Of a stretch of DNA of 37,551 nucleotides, positions 6,463 to 14,924 are shown one piece after another (within the stretch, counting starts at the first letter, position 1; every line of letters starts with the position of its first letter). Source of the DNA: Candidatus Woesearchaeota archaeon (lineage in GTDB: Archaea > Nanobdellota > Nanobdellia > Pacearchaeales > GW2011-AR1); contig CAZIET010000002.1 of NCBI GenBank assembly GCA_964538405.1, positions 1 to 37,551 of the forward strand, given 5' to 3'. Both the position numbers and the translations under genes were made by a program. The notes under the pieces were generated by a model. It worked only from the letters and a program-made list of their open reading frames with translations, did not search any database and was not told the DNA's origin.

Positions 6463-6847
6463 AATAAGCAAGGACCTCATTAGGGCAAAGGACTTATACA
6501 AAACTGCCAAGGATAGATTATATGAAATAATTCCCCTCTTCCCAAAAGATAAGTCTTATAAAATTATTGAAGAGTATTATGAGATTATGGTTCAGCTAAT
6601 AACATCAATTATGTATTCAGATGGTTACAAAACCTTAAGCCATACGGGATTAATCCAATATTTAGCTACAAATTATACTGAATTTAGCAGGAATGAATTA
6701 AACACGATTGACATTTTGAGAAAATTGAGGCATGGAATAGTTTATTATGGGAAACAAGCGGAGAAAGAATTTCTTCTTAACCACGAGGATTCAGTAAAAG
6801 AACTCATAGACAAATTAATTAAAATTATAGAATTTAAGATAAAATAA
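6446..6847 (+). CDS. HEPN-like helical partner of the MNT gene (putative)
   Basis: The 133-aa sequence looks all-helical. RKLRHGIVYYG resembles the R-x(n)-H HEPN motif, though the spacing is short. It overlaps the MNT gene by 17 nt. Confidence 0.45.
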   Translation: MREIFKISKDLIRAKDLYKTAKDRLYEIIPLFPKDKSYKIIEEYYEIMVQLITSIMYSDGYKTLSHTGLIQYLATNYTEFSRNELNTIDILRKLRHGIVYYGKQAEKEFLLNHEDSVKELIDKLIKIIEFKIK

Positions 6848-6896
6848 CAACATTTAAATGTTTAAAAATGGCTTTTATAATAAAGAGGGACTTTGG

Positions 6897-8066
6897 ATGA
6901 TAAACAAAAAAGGGATAGCAGTAATTCTTTTAATATTTCTTGCCTGCTTTCTGATTCAAGCACAGGCCATAGAGGTAAAGAGTGTTTTGCTCAAGTTTTC
7001 CCTGCATAAAGGAGAGTCAATAACGAAGAATTTTAGCATATCCAGTATTGATGGGGGAGAAATAAAGCTGCAGCTTAAAGGAACCACTGAAGGGGTAAGA
7101 TTGATGGATAATGAAGTTGTGCTTGATAGCGGGGAGGAAAAAAATGTGGAGATATCATTTGATGCAGAAACAATCAAAGAGGGAGTCTATGTTGGACACA
7201 TAGAGCTTACTAAAGGAAAAGAACTACAGATTATTCCCGTAATATTTGAAGTTGAGTCAAAGGATGTTTTCTTTGATGCAAATCTTGAAATTCCCGTGAA
7301 ATATTCAGAAATAATGCCTGGTGAAAAAATACTTGTGCAGCTGAATGTTTTTGATCTTAATGCGGGAACAAAACGGGGTTTAAACTCCTCTTCCCTTGAT
7401 GTTGAGTACACTGTTCATGATTTGAACGGAAATAACATCATCTCGGAGCATGAGAATTTTGTTGTTGACGGCCAGGTTACTGTTTCTAAGACCATGAATT
7501 TTCCGAAAGACATCAAAGAAGGACAATATGTTTTTAGTGCAGTCATAAAGTACAGGTCTTCTGTTGGAATTGCAAGCGAGTTGTTTACAATTTCAAAAAC
7601 TTCATCTGTAAATTTTAACGGATTGAATTTTCCAGATACCGGATTGATCCTTATTTTTATATCATTCATCTTTCTTACGTTGATACTTTTCTTTGTCTAC
7701 ATAATAAGAGACAGGGACAAGATGTTTCTTGAGCTAAGGCAATACAACAATGATGAGCTTGCTAGGCAAAAGGAATTGCTGAATGAGCAGGCAAAGATAG
7801 TAGGCTTGAAGAGTGGAGTAAGCAAAGAAAAAGTAAAAAAAGAGATAAAAGAAAAAATTGAAAAAATAAAGAAAAAACAAAGACAAAGGGTTGATGAATA
7901 CAGGAAACTAAAGAAAGATCTGACGCCTGCGCAAATGAAGGCGAAGCTTGAGGAATGGAAGAGGAAAGGGTACAATACAACACTCATGGAATTAAAGCTC
8001 AGAAACCTAAGCACGAATGAAATGAAAAGCATAATGCAAAAGTGGAAGGAAAAATACAAATCCTAG
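6897..8066 (+). CDS. Membrane protein: signal peptide, two beta-rich ectodomains, TM helix, K/E-rich cytoplasmic coiled-coil tail; paralog of 4804..5880
   Basis: MINKKGIAVILLIFLACFLIQAQA is the signal peptide (ATG at 6897 preferred to 6858). The ectodomain aligns by eye with 4804..5880 (FDANLEIP.../FDISVFLG..., ...EGQYVFSAVIKY/...AGRYVLGFEIVY). The TM helix is LILIFISFIFLTLILFFVYII. The tail is KEKVKKEIKEKIEKIKKKQRQR. Confidence 0.65.
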   Translation: MINKKGIAVILLIFLACFLIQAQAIEVKSVLLKFSLHKGESITKNFSISSIDGGEIKLQLKGTTEGVRLMDNEVVLDSGEEKNVEISFDAETIKEGVYVGHIELTKGKELQIIPVIFEVESKDVFFDANLEIPVKYSEIMPGEKILVQLNVFDLNAGTKRGLNSSSLDVEYTVHDLNGNNIISEHENFVVDGQVTVSKTMNFPKDIKEGQYVFSAVIKYRSSVGIASELFTISKTSSVNFNGLNFPDTGLILIFISFIFLTLILFFVYIIRDRDKMFLELRQYNNDELARQKELLNEQAKIVGLKSGVSKEKVKKEIKEKIEKIKKKQRQRVDEYRKLKKDLTPAQMKAKLEEWKRKGYNTTLMELKLRNLSTNEMKSIMQKWKEKYKS

Positions 8067-8112
8067 CCCCCGAAGAATATAAAAATTAAATCAATTTTAA
8101 TATCAAAAAGAC

Positions 8113-9402
8113 ATGGCGAACAACAAAGAAAGCATAAAAAAAGATTTTGCAGATTTCGCGGACAAAATCGCAAGACTTGAATCCCTGAAGCATGAATTGG
8201 CTTCATTGGACACGAAAGGATTTGAAAGTGAAGCTAATGTCATAAAGGCAAAGCTGAACAATGTGGATTCTATCTCAACTGCTGAGAAAGAAATAATGGA
8301 TTTGGAAGAAAAAATCAAGAACAAAAATCCTATTCCTGAAAAAACAAAAGCAAAGCCGGATATTAATATTCTTGTTGAATCAAAATACAATGATTTTGTC
8401 ACGGGATTGAAGGAGGAACTGGACAATCGGCTGAAAGAAAAGGAAGAAGTGGTTAGCACATTAAAGACAGACCTTAAAAAGCAGAAGCAGGAATTCTCCA
8501 GAAAATATGTTGAAATGAATGAGGAATTCCATAGCGAGTACAGCAAAAAAGTCAAACAGGAGCTTGAAAGAACCGTAAGAGAAAAATTTGATCAAATGCT
8601 AGAGCAAAGACTGAGCGATGAGAAGAAAAAAATCATCAATGCATTGGTTCAGGAATATGCAACAAGAATTCATGATGAAAAAAAGAAAACCATTGAAAAG
8701 CTAAACTCAGATTATATGAAGAAACAGGAAGCCCTTGAATCGAATTATTCAAAAAAAATGAGGGAATTGGAGGAAAATCTGGGAAAAAGAAAAAACATTT
8801 TGGAATCGGATTATTCCCAGAAAAAGGGAGAATCAGAAAAAAAATCAGCCGAGAAAACAAATGTCCTAATTTCCCAGCTTAGAAAGCTTGAGGATGAGAA
8901 AAAGAAACTTGTTTCACAGGCTATAGAGTTGCAAAACAGGAGGCAGAACATTGACAAAGAGGTGATTAGCAAAGTGAATATTGAAAGGGAAAAGATTGAG
9001 AAAAAATATTCAAAAAAGAAAAAAGAATCTGAAAGGCAGCTCGCCCAAGGAACAGACTTGGTGATAACAAAACTGAGAAACTTGGAGCAGGAAAGAAAAA
9101 GATTGAAGGAGGAGGAAGAGGAATTCAGAAGGAGGAAGCAAAATCTTGATGTTGAAGTTGCAAGCAAGGTGGATCAAACCAAGAGAAAGATGTATGGTAT
9201 TCTGGCCTCAAAGTTCAAAGAGATAAAAAACAAGAGTAATGAAGTCCTGAGCCAGAAGGAAAGAAGCCTGCGTCCAAAGCTTGAAAGGGAATACAGAGGG
9301 AAGTTGAAAAAAGAAATGCAAGCAAAAGAAAACCAGCTGGAAAAGAAGAAAAAACAGCTTGAAAAGCACATACAGCAGCAGGCTAAACAACTTTTTGGAT
9401 GA
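8113..9402 (+). CDS. 429-aa K/E-rich coiled-coil protein with an internal tandem repeat
   Basis: Charged heptad-like sequence continues throughout. Two consecutive units of about 65 aa are YSQKKGESEKK...LISQLRKLEDEKKKL...NRRQNIDKEVISKV and YSKKKKESERQ...VITKLRNLEQERKRL...RRKQNLDVEVASKV. Confidence 0.6.
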   Translation: MANNKESIKKDFADFADKIARLESLKHELASLDTKGFESEANVIKAKLNNVDSISTAEKEIMDLEEKIKNKNPIPEKTKAKPDINILVESKYNDFVTGLKEELDNRLKEKEEVVSTLKTDLKKQKQEFSRKYVEMNEEFHSEYSKKVKQELERTVREKFDQMLEQRLSDEKKKIINALVQEYATRIHDEKKKTIEKLNSDYMKKQEALESNYSKKMRELEENLGKRKNILESDYSQKKGESEKKSAEKTNVLISQLRKLEDEKKKLVSQAIELQNRRQNIDKEVISKVNIEREKIEKKYSKKKKESERQLAQGTDLVITKLRNLEQERKRLKEEEEEFRRRKQNLDVEVASKVDQTKRKMYGILASKFKEIKNKSNEVLSQKERSLRPKLEREYRGKLKKEMQAKENQLEKKKKQLEKHIQQQAKQLFG

Positions 9403-9440
9403 TTCACAAGATTTAATAATAAGTTTTTTTGTTTTTAATT

Positions 9441-9716
9441 ATGGAAAAAGCCAAGATAATCCTTTTTTTATCTTTAATGTTACTTTTGATTGGATTTGGT
9501 TTGTTGTTTGGCTACAAGGGAATTACTGGAAATGTTGCGGCTGAAAATTACACTTATACCAAAGCCGTATGCAACGAATCAAAGTATTGTGAGGATTATG
9601 AAGTAACATGCAATGGAAGCAGAACTATATTCATGAAACCAACGGGAAATGCAATTCAATTCTCTGAAGACTGGAACGATCCAAGAAATAAAGATCAGAT
9701 AGAAAAGACGTGCTAA
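9441..9716 (+). CDS. Small N-terminally anchored Cys-rich extracytoplasmic protein
   Basis: MEKAKIILFLSLMLLLIGFGLLF is the TM segment, followed by four Cys (CNESKYCEDYEVTC ... C-terminal C). The ATG at 9441 is preferred to the TTG at 9429. Confidence 0.45.
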   Translation: MEKAKIILFLSLMLLLIGFGLLFGYKGITGNVAAENYTYTKAVCNESKYCEDYEVTCNGSRTIFMKPTGNAIQFSEDWNDPRNKDQIEKTC

Positions 9717-9775
9717 ACTTTAAAACGCTTATTTTTCTAAGTTTATCATGGTAAACAATTTCATGGAGGTGAACG

Positions 9776-10967
9776 ATGCTTATCGGCTTAGTTCGGAAAA
9801 CCTAGTGTAGGCAAATCAACTTTCTTCAAGGCAGCAACTTTGGCGGAAGTAGCAATAGCACCACATCCTTTTACCACAATAAAGCCAAATCATGGAATTG
9901 GATATGTTGAAGTTGAATGCATTGAAAAGGAATTTAACACAAAGTGCAACCCGGCTCATGGCTTCTGTATTAATGGGAAGAGATTTGTTCCTGTTGAATT
10001 AATGGATGTGGCTGGACTTGTGCCTGGAGCAAGCGAAGGAAAGGGTTTGGGAAACAAATTTCTTGATGATTTAAGGCAGGCAGATGCTTTCATACAGATA
10101 ATAGACATAGCCGGAATGACTGATGCAGAAGGAAGAACTGTCGCAGAAGGAAGCTATGATCCTGCAAACGATATAAAATTTCTTGAAGATGAACTTAACA
10201 AGTGGTATTATGGGATTTTGATAAAGGCATGGAAGAGTTTTGCAAAGAAATCAGAGATAGAAGACACCAATTTTGCCGAGGCTGTTGCAAAACAGTTTTC
10301 AGGATTGAAAATAGATGACGATCAAGTAAAAGAAGTATTAAGAAAATTGAATTTCAGGGAAAGACCAAGTATGTGGAGTGAAGATCAGCTGATGAAATTC
10401 TCCGCTGAATTAAGAAGAGAAAGCAAGCCAATGATAATTGCCGCAAACAAGATTGACGCAAAGAATGGAAAATCAAACTATGAAAGAATTGTAAAACAGT
10501 TTCCTGAATTGAAAATAATTGCCTGCTCTGCAGATTCAGAATTGGCTTTAAGAGAGGCGGCAAAAAGAGGTCTGATTAACTACATTCCTGGAGAAAACAA
10601 ATTTGAAATTACTGGAGAGTTGAGCGAAGGACAAAAAGCAGCCCTTGAAAATATAAAGGAAAATATTTTAGAGGCATATGGTAGCACTGGAGTGCAGCAA
10701 ATACTGAATGGAGCTGTTTTTGATTTATTGAATTACATTGCTGTTTTCCCTGCAAGTGCAAACAAAATGAAGGACAGCAAGGGAAGAACATTACCTGACT
10801 GCTTCTTGATTCCTGGAGGTTCCACTGCGTTGGATTTTGCTTTTTTTCTGCATACTGATTTTGGAAAGAATTTCATAAGGGCAATAGACGCAAGGACAAA
10901 GAAAGCATTGGGAAAAGATTACTTGTTGAAGAATAGGGATGCATTGGAAATAGTGACTTCCAGATAA
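9776..10967 (+). CDS. Obg-like GTPase of the YchF/Ygr210 type with a C-terminal TGS-like domain; reading frame interrupted by a 1-nt frameshift near 9794
   Basis: ggaggtga-N5-ATG at 9776 gives MLIGLV, then a stop. Frame +1 from 9795 gives [32 protein letters not shown]... (Walker A plus G2 region), continuous with the track ORF 9840..10967. NKID is the G4 motif. The C-terminal [10 protein letters not shown] is TGS-like. Confidence 0.8.
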
Positions 10968-11001
10968 TAATATTTAAGAAACTACTTCTCGTGTTTCAGA
11001 T

Positions 11002-11925
11002 ATGAGACATGTGCTGGAATCACAACAGTTCACAAGAGAGGATCTTCACGCTTTGTTCAAAAAAGCTGATGAACTAAGGAACAAATCAGAAGATTTGCTT
11101 AATGGAAAAATACTTGCAACTTTATTCTATGAGCCTAGCACAAGAACAAGATTGAGCTTTGAAGCGGCAATGTTAAGATTGGGAGGAAAGATACTTACAA
11201 CTGAAAATGCCAAGGAGTTCTCTTCTGCAATAAAGGGAGAATCCATCAAGGACACAGTAAAAGTAATTTCGTCTTATGCGGATTGCATTGTCATAAGGCA
11301 TTATGAGGAAGGAGCAGCGAAGGAAGCAGCCGAATCGAGTCTTGTTCCCATAATAAATGGGGGAGATGGAAAGGGACAGCATCCAACACAGGCCTTATTG
11401 GACATTTACACAATTTACAGGGAGTTTGGAAGAGTTGATAATCTTAAAATTGCAATGGTTGGAGATTTGGCAAATGGAAGAACAGTCAGGTCCTTGTCGT
11501 ATTTGCTTGGAAAGTTTGATGGAATTGAAATAACCTTTGTTTCCCCAGATAATTTGAAAATGGGTGATGACATAAAAGAGTATCTGGAAAGACATAATGT
11601 TATGTTCCATGAAGAAGATGATTTGAACAAGGTTATCTCTGAAGTTGATGTCATTTACGTGACAAGAATACAAAAAGAAAGAATGTCTAGGGAGGAGTAT
11701 GACAAGGCAAATGGGAAGTATGTGATTAACCAAAGTAATTTTCATTTGATAAAGCCAAATGCAAGGCTAATGCATCCGTTACCACATGTCGAAGAAATTT
11801 CTCTTTCACATGAAATTGAAGAATCTGACAAAAGGGTTGCTTATTTCAGGCAATCTGAAAACGGGTTGTATATAAGGATGGCGCTGCTTAATCTTTTGAT
11901 GAATGGAAAAGATCATACTGACTGA
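11002..11925 (+). CDS. pyrB: Aspartate carbamoyltransferase catalytic subunit
   Basis: The STRTR, HPTQ and HPLP motifs are in the canonical order and spacing. 307 aa. Confidence 0.9.
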   Translation: MRHVLESQQFTREDLHALFKKADELRNKSEDLLNGKILATLFYEPSTRTRLSFEAAMLRLGGKILTTENAKEFSSAIKGESIKDTVKVISSYADCIVIRHYEEGAAKEAAESSLVPIINGGDGKGQHPTQALLDIYTIYREFGRVDNLKIAMVGDLANGRTVRSLSYLLGKFDGIEITFVSPDNLKMGDDIKEYLERHNVMFHEEDDLNKVISEVDVIYVTRIQKERMSREEYDKANGKYVINQSNFHLIKPNARLMHPLPHVEEISLSHEIEESDKRVAYFRQSENGLYIRMALLNLLMNGKDHTD

Positions 11926-12647
11926 GAAATCTTCCAGAGCATATTGAAATACTCTTTATATGTTGCAGCAAACTTTTCGTCAATTACCTGTATAACAAAC
12001 GGTTCTCCATGAATAAATATCTGGCAAACTATTTTTTCTCCAAATATTATCGTCTCGACAGGAAGCGAATGATTTTTTGGTAAAACTCTAATATGATGAT
12101 TAGGTTTTTTTGAAACGGCTTTAGCCCTGTCCAAAGATTCGTAGTTAAAAATGTCCCATGTGGAAATTTGCTTCTTTGCTCTTTCATCATGGTTGTGCTC
12201 TATGAAATCCCCTAAAACTTGAGTCATGTCATAACATCCCATAGCCCTGTATTTGTCACCTTTATTCATCATATTAGTTGATTCGGTAAAACAGGCCTTT
12301 ATTCCCTTGACTCCTTTGTAAACCTTCACTGAGTTCTTCATAGGGCTGTTCTCGAAAGCAGATTTCAGACCTGGCAAAATTGATTGAATATTTTTTTCAT
12401 TTTCCCTGGCTATATTCAGCAGATGGGTTGGGTTAACCGCACTGAAAGTTAGCTTGTTATTGACAGAAGTCTGGCTCACGATTCCCTTATCTACTAATCT
12501 GTTTAAGGCATCGTAGACATTTCTTCTGTGAATTCCTGTTTTCTTTGTAATATCGCTAGCCGATAACTCGTGTTCCGCATTCAAACATAGATAAATTTTT
12601 GATTCGTTGTAGGTCAAGCCAAGGCTTATCAAGGTGTCATTTATCAT
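11913..12647 (-). CDS. TrmB-family transcriptional regulator
   Basis: The N-terminal wHTH LGLTYNESKIYLCL...SASDITKKTGIHRRNVYDALNRLVDKGIV is typical of TrmB. Its 3' end converges on and overlaps pyrB by 13 nt. Confidence 0.7.
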   Translation of the reverse strand: MINDTLISLGLTYNESKIYLCLNAEHELSASDITKKTGIHRRNVYDALNRLVDKGIVSQTSVNNKLTFSAVNPTHLLNIARENEKNIQSILPGLKSAFENSPMKNSVKVYKGVKGIKACFTESTNMMNKGDKYRAMGCYDMTQVLGDFIEHNHDERAKKQISTWDIFNYESLDRAKAVSKKPNHHIRVLPKNHSLPVETIIFGEKIVCQIFIHGEPFVIQVIDEKFAATYKEYFNMLWKISQSV

Positions 12648-12734
12648 TAAAAACTCACAAATTTTGGGTTTATATCTTTTATGGTAACAAATGTAGCCAC
12701 ATTTCTTTTTATAGAAAACTGACCAGAATTTTAA

Positions 12735-13067
12735 ATGAAAACTGAAGTGCCTTATGTAAATTATAGCGAAGTAAAAATCGGAGATATAATCACTGATGGA
12801 AATGATATTTTTGCAATAGTAAGAGCTTCGGATGTAATGTATCCTGATGAATATGTCATAGACTGCTTAGTCATATACAAATTAACTTCTTGGGAAACTC
12901 TAGAAGAAATAAAAAAAAGAAATTATTCATTTCACGCGGAAGATAGGTCTCTTATAGTAATAAACCATTTTGGACACTCTTTTGGAAGATTGACTGAAGA
13001 ACAAGCAAAGGACTTTTTCAAAGGTAAACTTAGAATAGAAAGATCAATTAGACTTATTGCTAAGTAG
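12735..13067 (+). CDS. Hypothetical protein
   Basis: 110-aa ORF with coding-like composition in a gap not explained by other genes. Confidence 0.4.
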   Translation: MKTEVPYVNYSEVKIGDIITDGNDIFAIVRASDVMYPDEYVIDCLVIYKLTSWETLEEIKKRNYSFHAEDRSLIVINHFGHSFGRLTEEQAKDFFKGKLRIERSIRLIAK

Positions 13068-13101
13068 AAAGTATTAAATAAATTAATTCTTTTTTATATT
13101 A

Positions 13102-13605
13102 ATGAAAAGGGTTGTTGTAAAAAAAGGAAAAAAGGTCATAACGAGAGAAGGAAGTTTTGTAATAAGATTGTCTAACAGACTGATAAAAGAATTGAAACCT
13201 TATTCCAAAAAAATCCAGGTTGTTGGAAGCATAAGAAGAAAAGAGAAAAATCCGGTGGATATTGACATTGTTTTAATTCCAAAAGATAAACAAAGACTTG
13301 AAAACTTCATGAAAATGAAAGGAAAATTCTTACAAGGAGGAGAACATGAATCTTCATGGAAAATAGAAGGGGTAAAAGTTGAATTATATTACACTACTGA
13401 AAATGAATTGGGTGCAGCATTGCTTGCTTACTCTAGTAGATTTGGGGCGGGAATTGGATTAAGAGTTGTTGCATTAAGAAAAGGATTCAAGTTGAATTCT
13501 CACGGATTATTCGACAGAAGGACTGGGAAGAGAATTGCGGGAAAAACAGAAACAGAAATCTATCATGCTTTGGGGAGAGAATACAAGGAGCCTTGGGAAA
13601 GATGA
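13102..13605 (+). CDS. Minimal family X DNA polymerase (palm + thumb only)
   Basis: VVGSIRRKEKNPVDIDIVL is the GS-x-RR...DxD motif. ALLAYSSRFGAGIGLRVVALRKGFKLNSHGLF and TETEIYHALGREYKEPWER align with the pol beta thumb and C-terminus. At 167 aa it is about the size of ASFV Pol X. Confidence 0.75.
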   Translation: MKRVVVKKGKKVITREGSFVIRLSNRLIKELKPYSKKIQVVGSIRRKEKNPVDIDIVLIPKDKQRLENFMKMKGKFLQGGEHESSWKIEGVKVELYYTTENELGAALLAYSSRFGAGIGLRVVALRKGFKLNSHGLFDRRTGKRIAGKTETEIYHALGREYKEPWER

Positions 13606-13814
13606 AAATAAAAGTAAATGTCCATACCAACTCTTCCCAAGAGAAGATAAACAAAATTGACGACCACAACGTTGAAGTTTGGCTTAAAGAAAAAGCAATT
13701 GATAATAAGGCAAATATTAAATTACAAAAGATTCTTAAAAAATATCTGAATGCCGAAACCGTAAAAATAATCTCGGGCTTTACTTCAAAAATTAAACTTG
13801 TGGAGTGCATATGA
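13602..13814 (+). CDS. DUF167 (YggU-like) protein
   Basis: KVNVHTNSSQEKI...VEVWLKEKAIDNKANIKLQKILKKYL...VKIISGFTSKIKLVE fits the DUF167 pattern (..GKAN..L...L.....v.i.sG.tsr.K). ATGA overlap with the Pol X gene. Confidence 0.65.
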   Translation: MKIKVNVHTNSSQEKINKIDDHNVEVWLKEKAIDNKANIKLQKILKKYLNAETVKIISGFTSKIKLVECI

Positions 13815-14182
13815 AAGCGCTTTCTTTAAAGCAGCCTTATGCCGAATTGATTGTTTCCGGAAAGAAAAGCATTGAGTTAAGAAAATGGAAGACAAATTTC
13901 AGAGGTAAATTCTTGGTTCATGCTTCAAAAATACCTGATTACGAAGCCATGGAAAAATGGGGTTTTAAGTCTCTTCCGACTGGTTTTATAGTGGGAAAGG
14001 CAGTTTTGGCAGATGTAAAAGAGTATAAAAACAAAGAAGACTTTGAGAAGGATATGGGCAAGCACGTCGCTGATTCGTCATTTGGGAGTTTCGGCTTTAT
14101 TTTAAAAAATGCCGAAAGGATAAGTCCGTTGATTCCAGCAAAGGGAAATTTAAATTTTTGGGAACACAAAGATGAAATATGA
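13811..14182 (+). CDS. ASCH-domain protein
   Basis: MKALSLKQPYAELIVSGKKSIELRKW is the typical ASCH N-terminus. ATGA overlap with the upstream gene. Confidence 0.7.
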   Translation: MKALSLKQPYAELIVSGKKSIELRKWKTNFRGKFLVHASKIPDYEAMEKWGFKSLPTGFIVGKAVLADVKEYKNKEDFEKDMGKHVADSSFGSFGFILKNAERISPLIPAKGNLNFWEHKDEI

Positions 14183-14561
14183 GGCTGCGCCAGATTTACA
14201 AATGAAAGTAGATGAAATAGCAAGAATTCTATTTCCTCACGTGGTGATGGAAAGGGTAAAAGTTTTCAGGAGCTATGGAAGCGTTTCTAGGAACACAATC
14301 GCAAGATGTCATGCTCTTGGGAAGTTAATGCAAAATGCTCTTGGAGTTAAGGCACATTATGCAATTGAATTCTTGACAGAAAATTTTGATAGATTAAGCG
14401 AAAAGGAAAGGACTAAGGTTATGGTTCATGAATTAATGCATATTCCAAAAAGTTTTGGCGGGGGATTCAAGCATCATGATTTTGTTTGCGATAAAAATGT
14501 GAATTTCTTTACAAGGCAATTTGAAGAATATAAAAAGAGAAAAAATGGATATATACTTTAA
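14172..14561 (+). CDS. Putative zinc metallopeptidase (HExxH; SprT/Wss1-like, uncertain)
   Basis: VMVHELMHIPKSFGGGFKHH provides HExxH plus downstream His residues. 11-nt overlap with the ASCH gene. Confidence 0.55.
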   Translation: MKYEAAPDLQMKVDEIARILFPHVVMERVKVFRSYGSVSRNTIARCHALGKLMQNALGVKAHYAIEFLTENFDRLSEKERTKVMVHELMHIPKSFGGGFKHHDFVCDKNVNFFTRQFEEYKKRKNGYIL

Positions 14562-14874
14562 AAAGAAAAAAATCAAAATCCCTGTAAAAGAAGTTCCTCT
14601 TTACAGCACTGGTTTGATGTTTAGGACGAAAAATACAAGCAATCTTTATTTCAATCTTCGAGGGAAAAATATTTCTTTGACTTCCTGGTTTGTTTTCTTT
14701 CCATTTCTGGTTTTATGGGTTGACGAAAGAAGAAAGGTTGTAGATTTCAAAGTAGTAAGACCATTCACAATGGTAATTAATTCACAAAAAAAATTTCATT
14801 CCATAGTAGAAGTTCCGTTGAATATTAAAAACGTTAGGATTTTTGGATTCTTCGTCGGAAAAAGAAAGATTTAA
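14545..14874 (+). CDS. DUF192-like protein
   Basis: GLMFR ... LVLWVDERRKVVDF ... HSIVEVPLN resembles the DUF192 pattern (GLM.r ... D..f.d..g.iv ... vlE). The ATG at 14545 is preferred to the TTG at 14521. Confidence 0.5.
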   Translation: MDIYFKKKKIKIPVKEVPLYSTGLMFRTKNTSNLYFNLRGKNISLTSWFVFFPFLVLWVDERRKVVDFKVVRPFTMVINSQKKFHSIVEVPLNIKNVRIFGFFVGKRKI

Positions 14875-14924
14875 ATATGTCTTATGTATAGATATTGTAT
14901 AATCATTAAAAAGGAGGTATCAAA

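Noticed and set aside
9061-9095. Extra copy of the repeat core (aactgag and cttggagca occur here)
   Set aside because: The two short words are in the opposite order to that in the repeat. They lie inside the coiled-coil ORF 8113..9402 in its own frame. This is a chance match of 7-9 nt.
7697-9407. Cluster of minus-strand ORFs (7697..8059, 7762..7983, 8103..8555, 8636..8860, 8811..9167, 9174..9407, 9208..9390)
   Set aside because: All are F/L/S-rich complements of the K/E-rich coiled-coil coding regions on the plus strand.
9359-9544. Plus-strand ORF of 61 aa bridging two genes
   Set aside because: It overlaps the end of 8113..9402 and the start of 9441..9716 out of frame, and it has no independent signals.
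9840-10967. TTG at 9840 as the true start of the GTPase gene
   Set aside because: That start would remove the Walker A motif GKPSVGKS, which is encoded in the same frame just upstream (9795-9818). The frame-shifted ATG at 9776, with its strong SD, fits much better.
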